A stretch of DNA of 64,000 nt from Candidatus Dormiibacterota bacterium (lineage in GTDB: Bacteria > Chloroflexota > Dormibacteria > DASZGP01): positions 3,625 through 67,624 of the forward strand of contig DAINSI010000002.1 in NCBI GenBank assembly GCA_036741395.1. The letters run 5' to 3'. The position numbers and the translations under genes were made by a program. This document shows positions 27,654-37,239 of the stretch, in pieces (position 1 is the stretch's first letter; each line of letters starts with the position of its first letter). The notes below the pieces were generated by a model that was not told where the DNA came from, did no database searches, and saw only the letters and a program-made list of their open reading frames with translations.

Positions 27654-28703
27654 CTACCAGATCGTGGGAGCACTGCCGGTGCGCGGGCGCGAGAAGCGCC
27701 CCACCCCGCGCACACTGGCGGCCTCCGCCGACAGCGCGGCGGCGGGCGCGCCCATGCGGGGGCCGAGCAGGACCATCGCCGCGAATGCGGCGATCGCGGC
27801 CAGGGTGGCAGCGCCGACCACCAACCGCGTCTGAAATGGCGACAGCGGGATGCGCGACCCGCTGGCCGCCGGCGGCGCGCCCAGGACGCGTCGGGCCGCA
27901 CCGGCGGCCGGTGCCTTGGTCGGCAGGGGGGCGGGCAACGGCGGCTCGCCGATGGGCGCCAGCACCGGGGCGGGCGCGCTGAACGATGACCCGGTCGAAC
28001 CTGCGCCCGTGTCAGTGGTCGGCGCCTGAGCTGTGAAGGCGGGCAGCTCTGCGGGTGCCGCTATTGCCGGCGGCTGGGTGAAGCCGCTGCTGGCCTGGAG
28101 CGCCGCGGCGTCGGGGTGAGCGAACACCACGCGGTCGAACTGTCCGGGCACCAGCATCAGGAGCAGCTCCGAACCCCTCACCAGCTTGCCGATGTCCGCG
28201 AACTCCACGGCAGTGACGGCGGCGTTCGGTTTCCCCGCCGCCTGGGTGCCACAGTCGTACTTGGGTATATCGTTCACCGGACCGTTGTCCTCGGACCTGA
28301 AGGCGGGATCGGTGATCAGGCAGGCGACCACGCCAATTGGGCTCGCGGGATGGTTGCCGGTGAGCTGCAGCGTCAACTTCTGCACCGCGGCGCCCTCGGG
28401 GACCTGGTAGTGGATTGCCGCCAGGTCCTGGGCACCGCCCTGGGCGTTGCCCGTGGCGGGCTGCGAGGGCAGGCCGGTGCCGCCGGCGCCCTGCACGTAG
28501 AGGTCGTGTTTGGCCAGGTCCACGTCGGACGGAGGTGGAATGGCAGGCGCACCGGGCTGGTTGGCGACATTCCACCAGGCGGTCTGGGCCGGGGCCAGCG
28601 CGGCAGCCGACTCTGGGGGCGCGGAGAACATCCACGCCACCGTCGCCAGCGCCATCGCGGCCAGCAGCGCCGTCACCCGGGTCACTGGCACCCCGCGACT
28701 CAT
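27654..28703 (-). CDS. Secreted/membrane-anchored protein of unknown function (signal peptide, Pro/Ala-rich linker, C-terminal TM helix)
   Basis: N-terminal VTALLAAMALATVAWMFSAPPESAAALAPA signal. C-terminal LVVGAATLAAIAAFAAMVLLG helix. ATGA start/stop overlap with the upstream fused ABC gene (translational coupling). Confidence 0.55.
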   Translation of the reverse strand: MSRGVPVTRVTALLAAMALATVAWMFSAPPESAAALAPAQTAWWNVANQPGAPAIPPPSDVDLAKHDLYVQGAGGTGLPSQPATGNAQGGAQDLAAIHYQVPEGAAVQKLTLQLTGNHPASPIGVVACLITDPAFRSEDNGPVNDIPKYDCGTQAAGKPNAAVTAVEFADIGKLVRGSELLLMLVPGQFDRVVFAHPDAAALQASSGFTQPPAIAAPAELPAFTAQAPTTDTGAGSTGSSFSAPAPVLAPIGEPPLPAPLPTKAPAAGAARRVLGAPPAASGSRIPLSPFQTRLVVGAATLAAIAAFAAMVLLGPRMGAPAAALSAEAASVRGVGRFSRPRTGSAPTIW

Positions 28704-31700
28704 GACCTGCTCCCCGCCGCCACCGCCGACCTGGCGCCTGACCGCTTGATCAGCTTGTCGTCGGTACCGAGGTAGGAGGACACCACCAGAGGATCGCGGA
28801 TCACGTCCTTCGGCAGACCCTCGGCGATCACCTTGCCGAGCTCCAGCGCCATCAGCCGGTCAGAGACCTGCGTGACCAGGGGCATGTCGTGTTCGATGAT
28901 CAGCATCGCGCAGCCCGTCTCCTCGCGGATGCGCTCCAATAGCGGCGCCAGCGCCTCCGTCTCCTTCTGGGCGATGCCCGACGAGGGCTCATCCAGGATC
29001 AGCACCAACGGATCGTGGGCGATGGCCATGGCCAGGTCGACGACCCGGCGCGAGCCGGTGGACAGCTCGCGCACAAACTTGTCGCGGAAGGCCTGCAGGC
29101 TCATCAGCTCGATGAGGTCCGCGACCGTCCAGGCGACGTCCTCCTCCTGCTCGCGCGACGCGGGCATCCCCAGGCTGGACGCGAGGTGGTCGCGGACCAC
29201 GAGATGCCTCTCCAGGGACGCGGCGATGTTCTCAGCGACCGTCATCGACGGGAAGATGCGCGCGTCCTGGAAGGATCGCCCGAGCCCGGCGCGCGAGCGG
29301 CGGTCGGGCGGCCAGCCCGTCACGTCCTGCGCGGCGAGCAGCACCCGGCCGTGGTCGGGCGTCGTGAACCCCGAGATGAGGTCGAAGACGCTGGTCTTGC
29401 CGGCGCCGTTGGGGCCGATCAGGCCGAGGATCTCGCGAGGCGCCACCTTGAGGCTGACATTGTCGACGGCCCGGATCCCGCCGAACGCCTTGGTGAGCTG
29501 ATCCGCCACCAGCACGAGTTCCAGCGCCTCCTCCGTGTTCCCCTTGCTCGCGAGGGCCTTGCGGCTCGTGCTGCTGATCGCCTTCATCTTGCCAGAGCCG
29601 TTACCGTCGGCGGCCGCCGCGGCCGGCCGCCTGCGCCCGGCACCCTCGAGGAACACCGAACGCACGATGTCGCCGCGCTCCAGGAGGTCGGTGGCAGCGC
29701 CCTCGTAGCGCACCTCACCCTTCTCCATGAAGTAGGCGCGACCCGCGACCGTAAGGGCGATGTTGACCGACTGTTCGACCAGTAGGACGGTCGTACCTGT
29801 GGCGTTGATCTCGCGGACGAAGTCGAGCAACTGCTCCACCACCAGCGGCGCCAGCCCCAGCGAGAGCTCGTCGATGATCAGCATCTTGGGCCTGGCGATG
29901 AAGGCCATGCCCAGCGCGAGCTGCTGCTGCTCGCCCCCGGAGAGGTTGCCGGCCAGCTGCTGGTAGCGCTCCCGAAGCCGGGGGAAGCGCTTCAGCACCT
30001 CCTCTGTCCCGGACTCGACCTGGTCACGATCCTTCACCAGCCAGCCCGCGAGGTTGAAGTGCTCCGCCACCGTCAGGGTCGGGAAGATGCCCCTACCCCC
30101 GGGCACCTGGACGATGCCAAGCTCCGCCGCCCGCACCGGCGTGCAGTGGGTGATGTCCTCGCCCGCGAACGTGACCGTGCCGGCCGACGTCTTGACCAGG
30201 CCCGAGACGGCCTTCAGCAGCGTGGACTTGCCGGCGCCGTTGGTGCCCAGGAGGGCGACCATCTCGCCGCGCTTGACCTGGAGATCAACGCCAAAGAGCA
30301 CCTGGACGGAGTCGTAAGCGACGTCGACACCCTGGCACACCAGGATGGCGTCCTTGTCGACCTTCATCGCGGCGTGCTTGTGATCGGACGCATGGACCGC
30401 GTTGAGCGCGGAGTCGGGCTCGTCCACGCGGCGGTCGGCCAGTAGGCTGGGGACCTCTATGCCGCGCCGCGCGGCGACCCGCCTGAGCGCCACATCGCGC
30501 AGGCCAAAGAACGCCTCGGCGATCCCGCCGGGGGCGAAGTTCAGGACAAAGAGCACCCCCGTCGGTATGCCGATCACGTCGATGAAATGCATGACGTCGC
30601 GGTAGGGATGGGGCATGTAAGGCTCGACCAGCGGCAGGAAGAAGCGGATGCTCATGTATACGATGGCACCGGCGATCGCGCCTGCCAGGGAGGTCAGCCC
30701 CCCGATCACCGCGAAGATGAAGACGTCGATACTGAGGTTGAGCGGGAAGGCGCTGGACCCCACCGAGCCGATCTGGTACGCGAACAGGGCGCCGGCGATC
30801 GCCGCCACGAATCCCGAGAACGCGAACGCCGCCAGCCGTGATCCCGCCGCACTGACGCCGTAGGACTGCGCGGCGCGGACGTTGTCGCGGGTGGCCACGA
30901 AAACACGGCCGGACCGGCTGCCCCGCAGGTTGCGGGCGGCGAGGTACGCCAGGCCGAGGAAGGCGAGGCACACGTAGTAGAAGGCGAGGTCGCTGCGGGT
31001 GTCTATCCGTGCCCACAGGAAGGGCCGCGCCACCGGGATGCTGGAGTCCGGGAGCAGCCAGCCGAAATACTCCGGTTTGAGCAGCAGGTTCTGAACCGTG
31101 GCGGCGAACGCCAGGGTGACCGCCGACAGGAAGAGGCCGTTGATGCGAAGCGCAGGCACCCCGATGAGGACGGCGAAGAACGCGCCCGCCAGTCCTGCCG
31201 CGAGCAGGGCGACGAAGAAGTCGACGTGGTGGTTGGCCGCCAGTCCACCCGCGACCGCGGCACCGATGCCCGCGAAGGCGAAGTGCCCCAGCGATATCTG
31301 GCCCGTCCAGCCGCTCAGCACCACCAGCGAGACGCCGATGATCGCGTAGATCACGACGAGGGTCACGAGCCCCGCCCGGCTGACGCCAAGCAGGTACGGG
31401 AAGGCAATCAGGAAGGCCACGGCCAAAATGGGCAGGACAACCCGGGCGGCGCGCACCTCGGGCAGCCGGCGGAGCTCCAGCGGGATGGGCCGGAACTCCT
31501 GCAGCGTGCGGAAGCTGGAGATCCCGGTGTCCATGGCACGGGAGAGGTTGTTGCGGCGCAGCAGGAGGCCCCCGAGGATGACGGGGAGCATCAGCGCCAC
31601 GGAGAGGTCCGGCTTGCTGCTGAAGACGAACGCGGACTGGTCCACCACGCCGATCGCCATGCCCGCCAGGAGCGCGACCGGGAAGCTCTCCATGCGCGCG

Positions 31701-32608
31701 ACGATCGCCGTCGCCAGCGCATACAGCAGGAGCGTCGGGCTGACGCTGGTGCCGATGGGCAGGCCCAGGACGGGGACGCGCAGGAAGACCGCAATCCCGG
31801 AGCAGACCGCCGCCAGCACCCAGACCAGGGTGGAGATCCGCGCGACCGGGATACCCAGGAGCGAGGCACGGTCGGAGTTCTCGGCCGAGGCGCGCATCGC
31901 GATGCCGACCCGAGTGAAGCGGAAGAACGCCGCCAGCGAGGTGATCATCGCCAGCGCCACCACGACGATGGCGAGGTAGTCACCGCTGAATACGAAGCCG
32001 GTGACCCTGAAGCTGATCGCCTGCCAGGGGGTGTCGAAGGTCACGGGCGCGAAGGCGCTCCCGGTCGTCCACAGCGGCACATAGACCTCACCCAGGACCA
32101 TCAGCTGGGCCACGCCGATGGTGGCGACGGTGACGATGAGGCGGGGCTTGTCCTGGAAACGACGCATGATGAGGGCTTCCACCAGGCCGCCCATGACGGC
32201 GGCGCCGACGACCGTGAGGAGCGCCGCGGCCCAGTACGGGATGGTGTGCTTCTCCATCAGGATCAGGGCGAAGAGCGCCGGCACCGAGCCCAGGCCCGCC
32301 TGGGCGAAGTTGATGATGCGATTGGCCCGGTAGACGAGGATGATCCCAAAGGCGATCAGGGCGTAGAGCGTCCCGATGACCATCCCGTTGAGGACGATCC
32401 CGAGCTCGATGCCGACCGGGAACGGTATGCCCAGGAACTTCGCGTGGTGGCGGCCGCCGAAGATGGCCTCGTCCGCGACCAGCGTCACGGCGAGGAACAG
32501 CACGGTCTTGAGGATCCTGCCCCCGACCGGGTGGTCCCAGGCCCGGCGCAGCGACTCAGACACCGGGCGGCAGGTTGGGCTCCCCGCTGGTCCAGCCGCC
32601 GGGGGCAT
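28700..32608 (-). CDS. Branched-chain amino-acid (Liv-type) ABC importer fused into one 1302-aa polypeptide: permease (LivH-like) - permease (LivM-like) - ATPase (LivF-like) - ATPase (LivG-like)
   Basis: Single uninterrupted ORF. Two BPD_transp_2 permease domains. Two NBDs with Walker A GTNGAGKST and GPNGAGKTS. LSGGEQQ signature. Q/H-loops. LivG-type C-terminal extension. True start may be an internal GTG around 32563 (the 32608 start overlaps the SBP gene by 53 nt). Confidence 0.85.
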   Translation of the reverse strand: MPPAAGPAGSPTCRPVSESLRRAWDHPVGGRILKTVLFLAVTLVADEAIFGGRHHAKFLGIPFPVGIELGIVLNGMVIGTLYALIAFGIILVYRANRIINFAQAGLGSVPALFALILMEKHTIPYWAAALLTVVGAAVMGGLVEALIMRRFQDKPRLIVTVATIGVAQLMVLGEVYVPLWTTGSAFAPVTFDTPWQAISFRVTGFVFSGDYLAIVVVALAMITSLAAFFRFTRVGIAMRASAENSDRASLLGIPVARISTLVWVLAAVCSGIAVFLRVPVLGLPIGTSVSPTLLLYALATAIVARMESFPVALLAGMAIGVVDQSAFVFSSKPDLSVALMLPVILGGLLLRRNNLSRAMDTGISSFRTLQEFRPIPLELRRLPEVRAARVVLPILAVAFLIAFPYLLGVSRAGLVTLVVIYAIIGVSLVVLSGWTGQISLGHFAFAGIGAAVAGGLAANHHVDFFVALLAAGLAGAFFAVLIGVPALRINGLFLSAVTLAFAATVQNLLLKPEYFGWLLPDSSIPVARPFLWARIDTRSDLAFYYVCLAFLGLAYLAARNLRGSRSGRVFVATRDNVRAAQSYGVSAAGSRLAAFAFSGFVAAIAGALFAYQIGSVGSSAFPLNLSIDVFIFAVIGGLTSLAGAIAGAIVYMSIRFFLPLVEPYMPHPYRDVMHFIDVIGIPTGVLFVLNFAPGGIAEAFFGLRDVALRRVAARRGIEVPSLLADRRVDEPDSALNAVHASDHKHAAMKVDKDAILVCQGVDVAYDSVQVLFGVDLQVKRGEMVALLGTNGAGKSTLLKAVSGLVKTSAGTVTFAGEDITHCTPVRAAELGIVQVPGGRGIFPTLTVAEHFNLAGWLVKDRDQVESGTEEVLKRFPRLRERYQQLAGNLSGGEQQQLALGMAFIARPKMLIIDELSLGLAPLVVEQLLDFVREINATGTTVLLVEQSVNIALTVAGRAYFMEKGEVRYEGAATDLLERGDIVRSVFLEGAGRRRPAAAAADGNGSGKMKAISSTSRKALASKGNTEEALELVLVADQLTKAFGGIRAVDNVSLKVAPREILGLIGPNGAGKTSVFDLISGFTTPDHGRVLLAAQDVTGWPPDRRSRAGLGRSFQDARIFPSMTVAENIAASLERHLVVRDHLASSLGMPASREQEEDVAWTVADLIELMSLQAFRDKFVRELSTGSRRVVDLAMAIAHDPLVLILDEPSSGIAQKETEALAPLLERIREETGCAMLIIEHDMPLVTQVSDRLMALELGKVIAEGLPKDVIRDPLVVSSYLGTDDKLIKRSGARSAVAAGSRS

Positions 32609-34277
32609 ATCGGCGGCCGTCGTTCAACGGGATGTAGGCGCCGGCCTTACCGTCAATCCGGGAGGTGGCGTTGGCGTCCCAGTAGACCTCACGCTGGTCG
32701 GTGATCGCGGTGTACTTGCCGGGGCGGATCAGCGTCTCAGCGTGGTACTGGTCGTGGGTGACCTGGTAGTCGTTGAGAACGGGCGAGTTGAACGCCCCCC
32801 GCTCGAGCGTGCCGGGGTCGAGGTGCGGACCGGCGGTCTCCAGCCCGTTGGCCATGAGGTTGAAGTAGGACCAGGGCAGGTTGGCGGAGGCGTAGACCGT
32901 ACCAGAGCCCCCGCCCGCGTGCCAGACGATCCCGGCGTCGGACTTGTCGTATGCCACGGAGGTTGGGATGTCGCTGGGCCCGAACGCGTGCTGCCACTGC
33001 TTCGTGTCGTACAGGCGCGCCAGCAGGTCGTAGTCGATCAGGCCACTGCCGACCAGGACGTGCTCGGGATAGTACTGCTGGCTGGTACAGGCCTTGGTGA
33101 AGTAGAGCGGCGCGATCGGGTCGCCGAAGAAGAAGACGCTGGTGACGCCGTCGGCCGACAGCTGGTGCACCGTGGTGTTGGCCTGCTGCGTCGCCGTCGT
33201 GATGTCGGAGGAGTAACTGACCAGGTCGGCGTAGCTGAAGTTCGGGTCGCACTGGTGAACGACGTCTGCCAGGTGTTTCGCCGCGGGTTTGTTGAACGGG
33301 GTGTCGATGGTGACAATGGCCAGCTTGCGCATTTTCGTCTGCATTCCGCCCGCCCCGGTCTGCGGGTCACCCTTGGCGAAGCGCGCCGGCTTGTTCGCCA
33401 GCTTCTTGCACCAGTACTCGCCGCTGATCACGGCCTGGCTGTCGCCGCCCATGTACACGTCGTAGTGGTACGGCCGGTGGGGGATGTTGAAGACGTTGTC
33501 GCCGTAGTGCCAACCACCCATGCTCACGATCCCCAGGCGGGTGGCCTCATCGAAGAACCACGGGATCGCGGTGTTGTTCTCGTAGATGACCCCGAACGGG
33601 TGAAACTGCGTATTCAAAATGTGGACATCGTTGCGGAAACAGCCCTCGTCCGGCGGTGAGGGATCGCAGGATCCAAAGAACATCTGGAGGTGGACCTTGC
33701 GACCGTAGAACTCGTAGCGCGAGTTGATGAACTTCTCGGCGGCGGCCCTGAAATTGTTCTGGTCGTTGGGGTCGGAGTAGACGTTGATCTGCTGCTCGAT
33801 CTGCTTCACCACCGGGTTGTCCTTCTCGCGGTAGTACACGATCTCGATCGAGTTGGCGGTGACACCCTGGTAGGTGTTGCCGCCATTGTTGCCGCCCGTC
33901 CACTTGGGCACGCACGGCGGCGCGGTGGTGAGCTCTCCGAACTGGCGGCCGTTGACGCAGTGGCTGGTGTCGCCGGCGGTAGGTATTCCCAGCGCGTTGG
34001 TCGCGACCCGCCCGGATCCGGACGATGAGCCTCCCGAGCCGCCCGAGCCTCCGGTGCCGGTGCCGGTGCCGGTGCCGGTGCCGGTACCCGTCCCCTGGTC
34101 AGCCGTTCCCTGGGTCCCGTTGCCCTGGTCCTGGCTGCCCGAGAAGTTGCCGAAGGGGTTGTTGGCGTTGGTCAACCCGACCGATGGCGCCACCAGGACC
34201 AGCACCAGCTGGGCCACCGCCAGCACCAGGAACGGCGCGTAGCGCCGCGTCATGATCATCCGTTGCCAAAGGTTCAT
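32556..34277 (-). CDS. Liv-type (branched-chain amino acid family) ABC transporter substrate-binding protein with N-terminal membrane anchor and (Gly-Thr)n/(Gly-Ser)n linker
   Basis: N-terminal TM helix LVLAVAQLVLVLVAP. Low-complexity TGTGTGTGTGTGTGGSGGSGGSSSGSG. Periplasmic binding-protein type I fold features. Divergent from canonical LivK. 4-nt overlap with the upstream TetR. Confidence 0.7.
   Translation of the reverse strand: MNLWQRMIMTRRYAPFLVLAVAQLVLVLVAPSVGLTNANNPFGNFSGSQDQGNGTQGTADQGTGTGTGTGTGTGTGGSGGSGGSSSGSGRVATNALGIPTAGDTSHCVNGRQFGELTTAPPCVPKWTGGNNGGNTYQGVTANSIEIVYYREKDNPVVKQIEQQINVYSDPNDQNNFRAAAEKFINSRYEFYGRKVHLQMFFGSCDPSPPDEGCFRNDVHILNTQFHPFGVIYENNTAIPWFFDEATRLGIVSMGGWHYGDNVFNIPHRPYHYDVYMGGDSQAVISGEYWCKKLANKPARFAKGDPQTGAGGMQTKMRKLAIVTIDTPFNKPAAKHLADVVHQCDPNFSYADLVSYSSDITTATQQANTTVHQLSADGVTSVFFFGDPIAPLYFTKACTSQQYYPEHVLVGSGLIDYDLLARLYDTKQWQHAFGPSDIPTSVAYDKSDAGIVWHAGGGSGTVYASANLPWSYFNLMANGLETAGPHLDPGTLERGAFNSPVLNDYQVTHDQYHAETLIRPGKYTAITDQREVYWDANATSRIDGKAGAYIPLNDGRRYAPGGWTSGEPNLPPGV
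34046..34092. repeat. Hexanucleotide tandem repeat (CCGGTG)5 plus two degenerate units inside the SBP gene, encoding a (Gly-Thr)n linker
   Basis: Read directly: ccggtgccggtgccggtgccggtgccggtgccggtacccgtc. In-frame microsatellite; candidate length-variable locus. Confidence 0.8.
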
Positions 34278-34963
34278 CGGCGTTGTCCTCCAGGAATTGC
34301 AGCGGCCTGGTCGGCAAAGCCGAGCAGCGTCAGGTGGATGTAGACGATCGTGTCCTCAAGACCGGGCAGGTCGCCGAAGGCGCCCCGCGCGACGTGGCGG
34401 GCGACGAGCTCGTTGTCGGCGTCGACGCAGGCCTCGTAGGCGGCCTCCGGGACGGGGCGCGCGGGCAGCTGCGCCGCGGCCCAATTGCGCCAGCGGCGCA
34501 CCAGGTCGACGTACCAACCGTGGACCTCGGCGCGGTGGTCTTCCGCCGCGGACACCGCCCGGATGTCGATCAGGAAGGCGCGGCTCCATGCGGGCTCGGC
34601 AGAGAGCGCCGCCAGGTAGGCGCGGGCGCCGAGCCGCAGGCGCAGTACCGGGTCGGACTCCTCCACATCGGCGCCAGCGGCCGCCGCGAAGAGCCTCCGA
34701 GAGCCGTCCATGTACGCCGCCAGGAAGCAGTCCTCCTTGTCGTGGAACTGCTGGTAGAAGGTGCCGCGCGAGACGCCGGCACGGGCCACGATGTCAGCCA
34801 CTCGCGTCGCTGCGTACCCCTGCTCCGCCACCACCTCGACGATGGCCTGCAGCAGGCGCTCCGACTGGGAGACCAGGACGACATCGCGCGGCAGCGCATG
34901 CCGCCCCCTGGGCAACGCGCGCGGCAGCTGCAAGATGGCGACGCCAGGCCCGCTGCTCATCAC
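34274..34963 (-). CDS. TetR/AcrR family transcriptional regulator
   Basis: HTH LLQAIVEVVAEQGYAATRVADIVARAGVSRGTFYQQFHDKEDCFLAAY. Divergent from the esterase/beta-oxidation cluster and co-directional with the Liv cluster. Confidence 0.85.
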   Translation of the reverse strand: MMSSGPGVAILQLPRALPRGRHALPRDVVLVSQSERLLQAIVEVVAEQGYAATRVADIVARAGVSRGTFYQQFHDKEDCFLAAYMDGSRRLFAAAAGADVEESDPVLRLRLGARAYLAALSAEPAWSRAFLIDIRAVSAAEDHRAEVHGWYVDLVRRWRNWAAAQLPARPVPEAAYEACVDADNELVARHVARGAFGDLPGLEDTIVYIHLTLLGFADQAAAIPGGQRR

Positions 34964-35026
34964 CGCTTCCTAACTCCCCGCGTTGCCGCGTACTCTCCAA
35001 CCCACCAAGGAACACCCCAGTTCTTT

Positions 35027-35045
35027 CGAGTACAGACGCGTACTC
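35027..35045. promoter_or_regulatory. Inverted repeat GAGTAC-N6-GTACTC (with a second CGCGTACTCT copy at 34987-34996) in the TetR/esterase divergent intergenic region; candidate TetR operator
   Basis: Seen directly in sequence. Location between divergently transcribed regulator and target genes. Confidence 0.35.
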
Positions 35046-35117
35046 TACTCCGCCCAGGCGGCATTCGGCAACCGCTTTCCCTGGTCATTAGAGTCATGCC
35101 TGTGGTGGAGGTGGAAG

Positions 35118-36056
35118 TTGCCGGTCGATCCTGAGCTGCAGACGATGCTCGAGATGGTCAACCAGTACCCGCCGGTGCACCTGGGAACCGTTGCCGAGGG
35201 ACGGGCCGGGCTGGAGACCATGGCCACACTGATGTCCAAGCCGGACATCGCCAGCGTGCGCGAGATCGCCATCCCGGGACCTGCAGGTGAGCTGCGCGCG
35301 CGGGTTTATGACAACAACCCCGGCACGACCGGGCCCGCGGTCGTCTACTACCACGGCGGAGGCCACACCGTCGGCAGCCTCGAGACCTGCGATCACACCT
35401 GCCGGGGCATCGCCCAGGACGCCGATTGCGTGGTGGTTTCAGTGGACTATCAGCTGGCGCCCGAGCACAAGTTCCCGGCCGCTGCCGAGGACGCCTACGC
35501 CGCCGCGGTCTGGGTCCACAAACACGCCGCCGAGCTGGGCGTCACGCCTGGGGTCACCGTCGCCGGCGACTCGGCGGGCGGCAACCTCGCCGCCGTGGCC
35601 AGCCTGATGGCGCGCGACGCCGGCAGCGCGGCCATCGCGCACCAGTTCCTGATCTACCCGGGCACCGGCCACGACCCCGACTCCGCGTCGGCTCGGGAGA
35701 ATGCCGAGCGGCTCTTCCTCTGGGAGCGGGACGTGGCCTGGTTCGGGGCCAACTACATCGGCAGCACCGACGACGTGCTGGACTGGCGCTTCAGCCCAAT
35801 GCGCGCCTCAAGCCTGGCCGGCGTGGCCTCGGCAACGGTGATCACCGCCGAGTACGACCCCCTGCGCGACGAGGGTGACGCCTACGCCGGCCGGCTGGCG
35901 GCTGAGGGCGTGCCGGTAACCCACCTGCAGTTCCCGGGCATGATCCACGGGTTCATCGACATGGGCGACTTCTCGCCGGGCGCGCGGGCCGCGGTTGACA
36001 AATGCATCGCAGCGCTGCGGACGGCGCTGGATCGGACCGCCGCCCGGGCGGTGTGA
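35118..36056 (+). CDS. Alpha/beta hydrolase, hormone-sensitive-lipase (HSL) family esterase/lipase
   Basis: HGGG oxyanion motif (VVYYHGGGHTVGS), GDSAGG nucleophile elbow, catalytic Asp/His region. Start proposed at TTG 35118 (MPVDPELQ...); the track starts at ATG 34983. Confidence 0.8.
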   Translation: MPVDPELQTMLEMVNQYPPVHLGTVAEGRAGLETMATLMSKPDIASVREIAIPGPAGELRARVYDNNPGTTGPAVVYYHGGGHTVGSLETCDHTCRGIAQDADCVVVSVDYQLAPEHKFPAAAEDAYAAAVWVHKHAAELGVTPGVTVAGDSAGGNLAAVASLMARDAGSAAIAHQFLIYPGTGHDPDSASARENAERLFLWERDVAWFGANYIGSTDDVLDWRFSPMRASSLAGVASATVITAEYDPLRDEGDAYAGRLAAEGVPVTHLQFPGMIHGFIDMGDFSPGARAAVDKCIAALRTALDRTAARAV

Positions 36057-36080
36057 CCACGACGAAATGGAGGTGGTGAG

Positions 36081-37217
36081 TTGGACCTGACGCTGACGCC
36101 GGAGGAGGAGCGGTTCCGCACCGAGCTGCGCGCCTGGCTCGAGCAGAACCACCCGGGGCCCGAGCCCGAGGGTGCGGAGGAGTCCTTCCAGTTCCGGCGC
36201 GACTGGCAGCGACGGATGCAGCAGGACCGCTACGCCGGCCTGACCTGGCCGCAGGAGTACGGCGGCCGGGGCGCGTCGCTGATGGAGGCGGCGCTGTTCA
36301 ACGAGGAGATGGTGCGCGCGAAGGTGCCGTCAGCGGCGAACATCCTGGGCCTGGTCATGGGCGGCCCAGTGGTCATCGCCCACGGCACCGACGATCAGAA
36401 GCGGCGCTTCCTGGAGCCCATCCTGTCGGCCGCCGAGATCTGGTGCCAGGGCTTCTCCGAGCCCGACGCCGGGTCGGACCTGGCGTCGCTGAAGACGCGC
36501 GCCACCAAGGTCGACGGCGGCTGGAAGATCAGCGGCCAGAAGGTCTGGACCTCGTTCGCCCACAACGCCAAGTGGTGCATGCTGCTGGCGCGCACCGACC
36601 CCGAGGCCAAAAAGCACGAGGGCATCACCTTCTTCCTGATGGACATGGAGCAGAAGGGCGTCGAGGCGCGACCGCTGCGCCAGATCACCGGGGAGTCGGA
36701 GTTCAACGAGGTCTTCATCGACGAGGCCTTCGTCCCCGACGAGAACGTCATCGGCAGGCCCGGCCAGGGCTGGGCCGTGGGCATCACCACGCTGGCGCTG
36801 GAACGCGCGGGTCTCTCGCTGGGTTCGGCGGTCATGATCAAGATCCAACTCCGCGAACTGGCGGCCATGATCCGCCACCTCGGGAAGGACCGGGACCCGG
36901 CGATCCGGCAGCGCTTTGGCGAGCTGTGCGTCCGGGCCGAGACGATGCGCCTCAACGGCGCCCGCGGCCTCAGCCAGGTGATCCAGCACGGCGTGCCCGG
37001 GCCTGAGGGGTCGCTGGTCAAGATCCAGTGGGCGGACATCAACCAGGCGATGACCGAGTTCGCGGCCCAGGTGCGTGGCGTCGACGGCCTGCTCACGGAC
37101 TCGCCGTGGAGCTACCGCCTGCTGCGCGCCCGCGCCAACTCCATCGAGGGCGGAACCACCGAGATCCAGAAGAACATCCTCGCCGAGCGGGTGCTGATGC
37201 TCCCGCGGCTTCGCTAG
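36081..37217 (+). CDS. Acyl-CoA dehydrogenase, catalytic (alpha-type) subunit
   Basis: ACAD N/M/C domains. CQGFSEPDAGSDLASL. C-terminal EGGTTEIQ catalytic-base motif present. Confidence 0.85.
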   Translation: MDLTLTPEEERFRTELRAWLEQNHPGPEPEGAEESFQFRRDWQRRMQQDRYAGLTWPQEYGGRGASLMEAALFNEEMVRAKVPSAANILGLVMGGPVVIAHGTDDQKRRFLEPILSAAEIWCQGFSEPDAGSDLASLKTRATKVDGGWKISGQKVWTSFAHNAKWCMLLARTDPEAKKHEGITFFLMDMEQKGVEARPLRQITGESEFNEVFIDEAFVPDENVIGRPGQGWAVGITTLALERAGLSLGSAVMIKIQLRELAAMIRHLGKDRDPAIRQRFGELCVRAETMRLNGARGLSQVIQHGVPGPEGSLVKIQWADINQAMTEFAAQVRGVDGLLTDSPWSYRLLRARANSIEGGTTEIQKNILAERVLMLPRLR

Positions 37218-37239
37218 TGGCCAATATGGGGGGACGCCA

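Noticed and set aside
28012-28775. ORFs 28012-28635 (minus) and 28116-28775 (plus) overlapping the secreted-protein gene
   Set aside because: Alternative frames with Arg/Gly-rich low-complexity products. The 27654-28703 frame has a signal peptide, TM anchor and translational coupling to the ABC gene.
34046-34092. Possible CRISPR-like repeat array
   Set aside because: Units are contiguous 6-bp microsatellite copies with no spacers, inside a coding region. No cas genes in the window.
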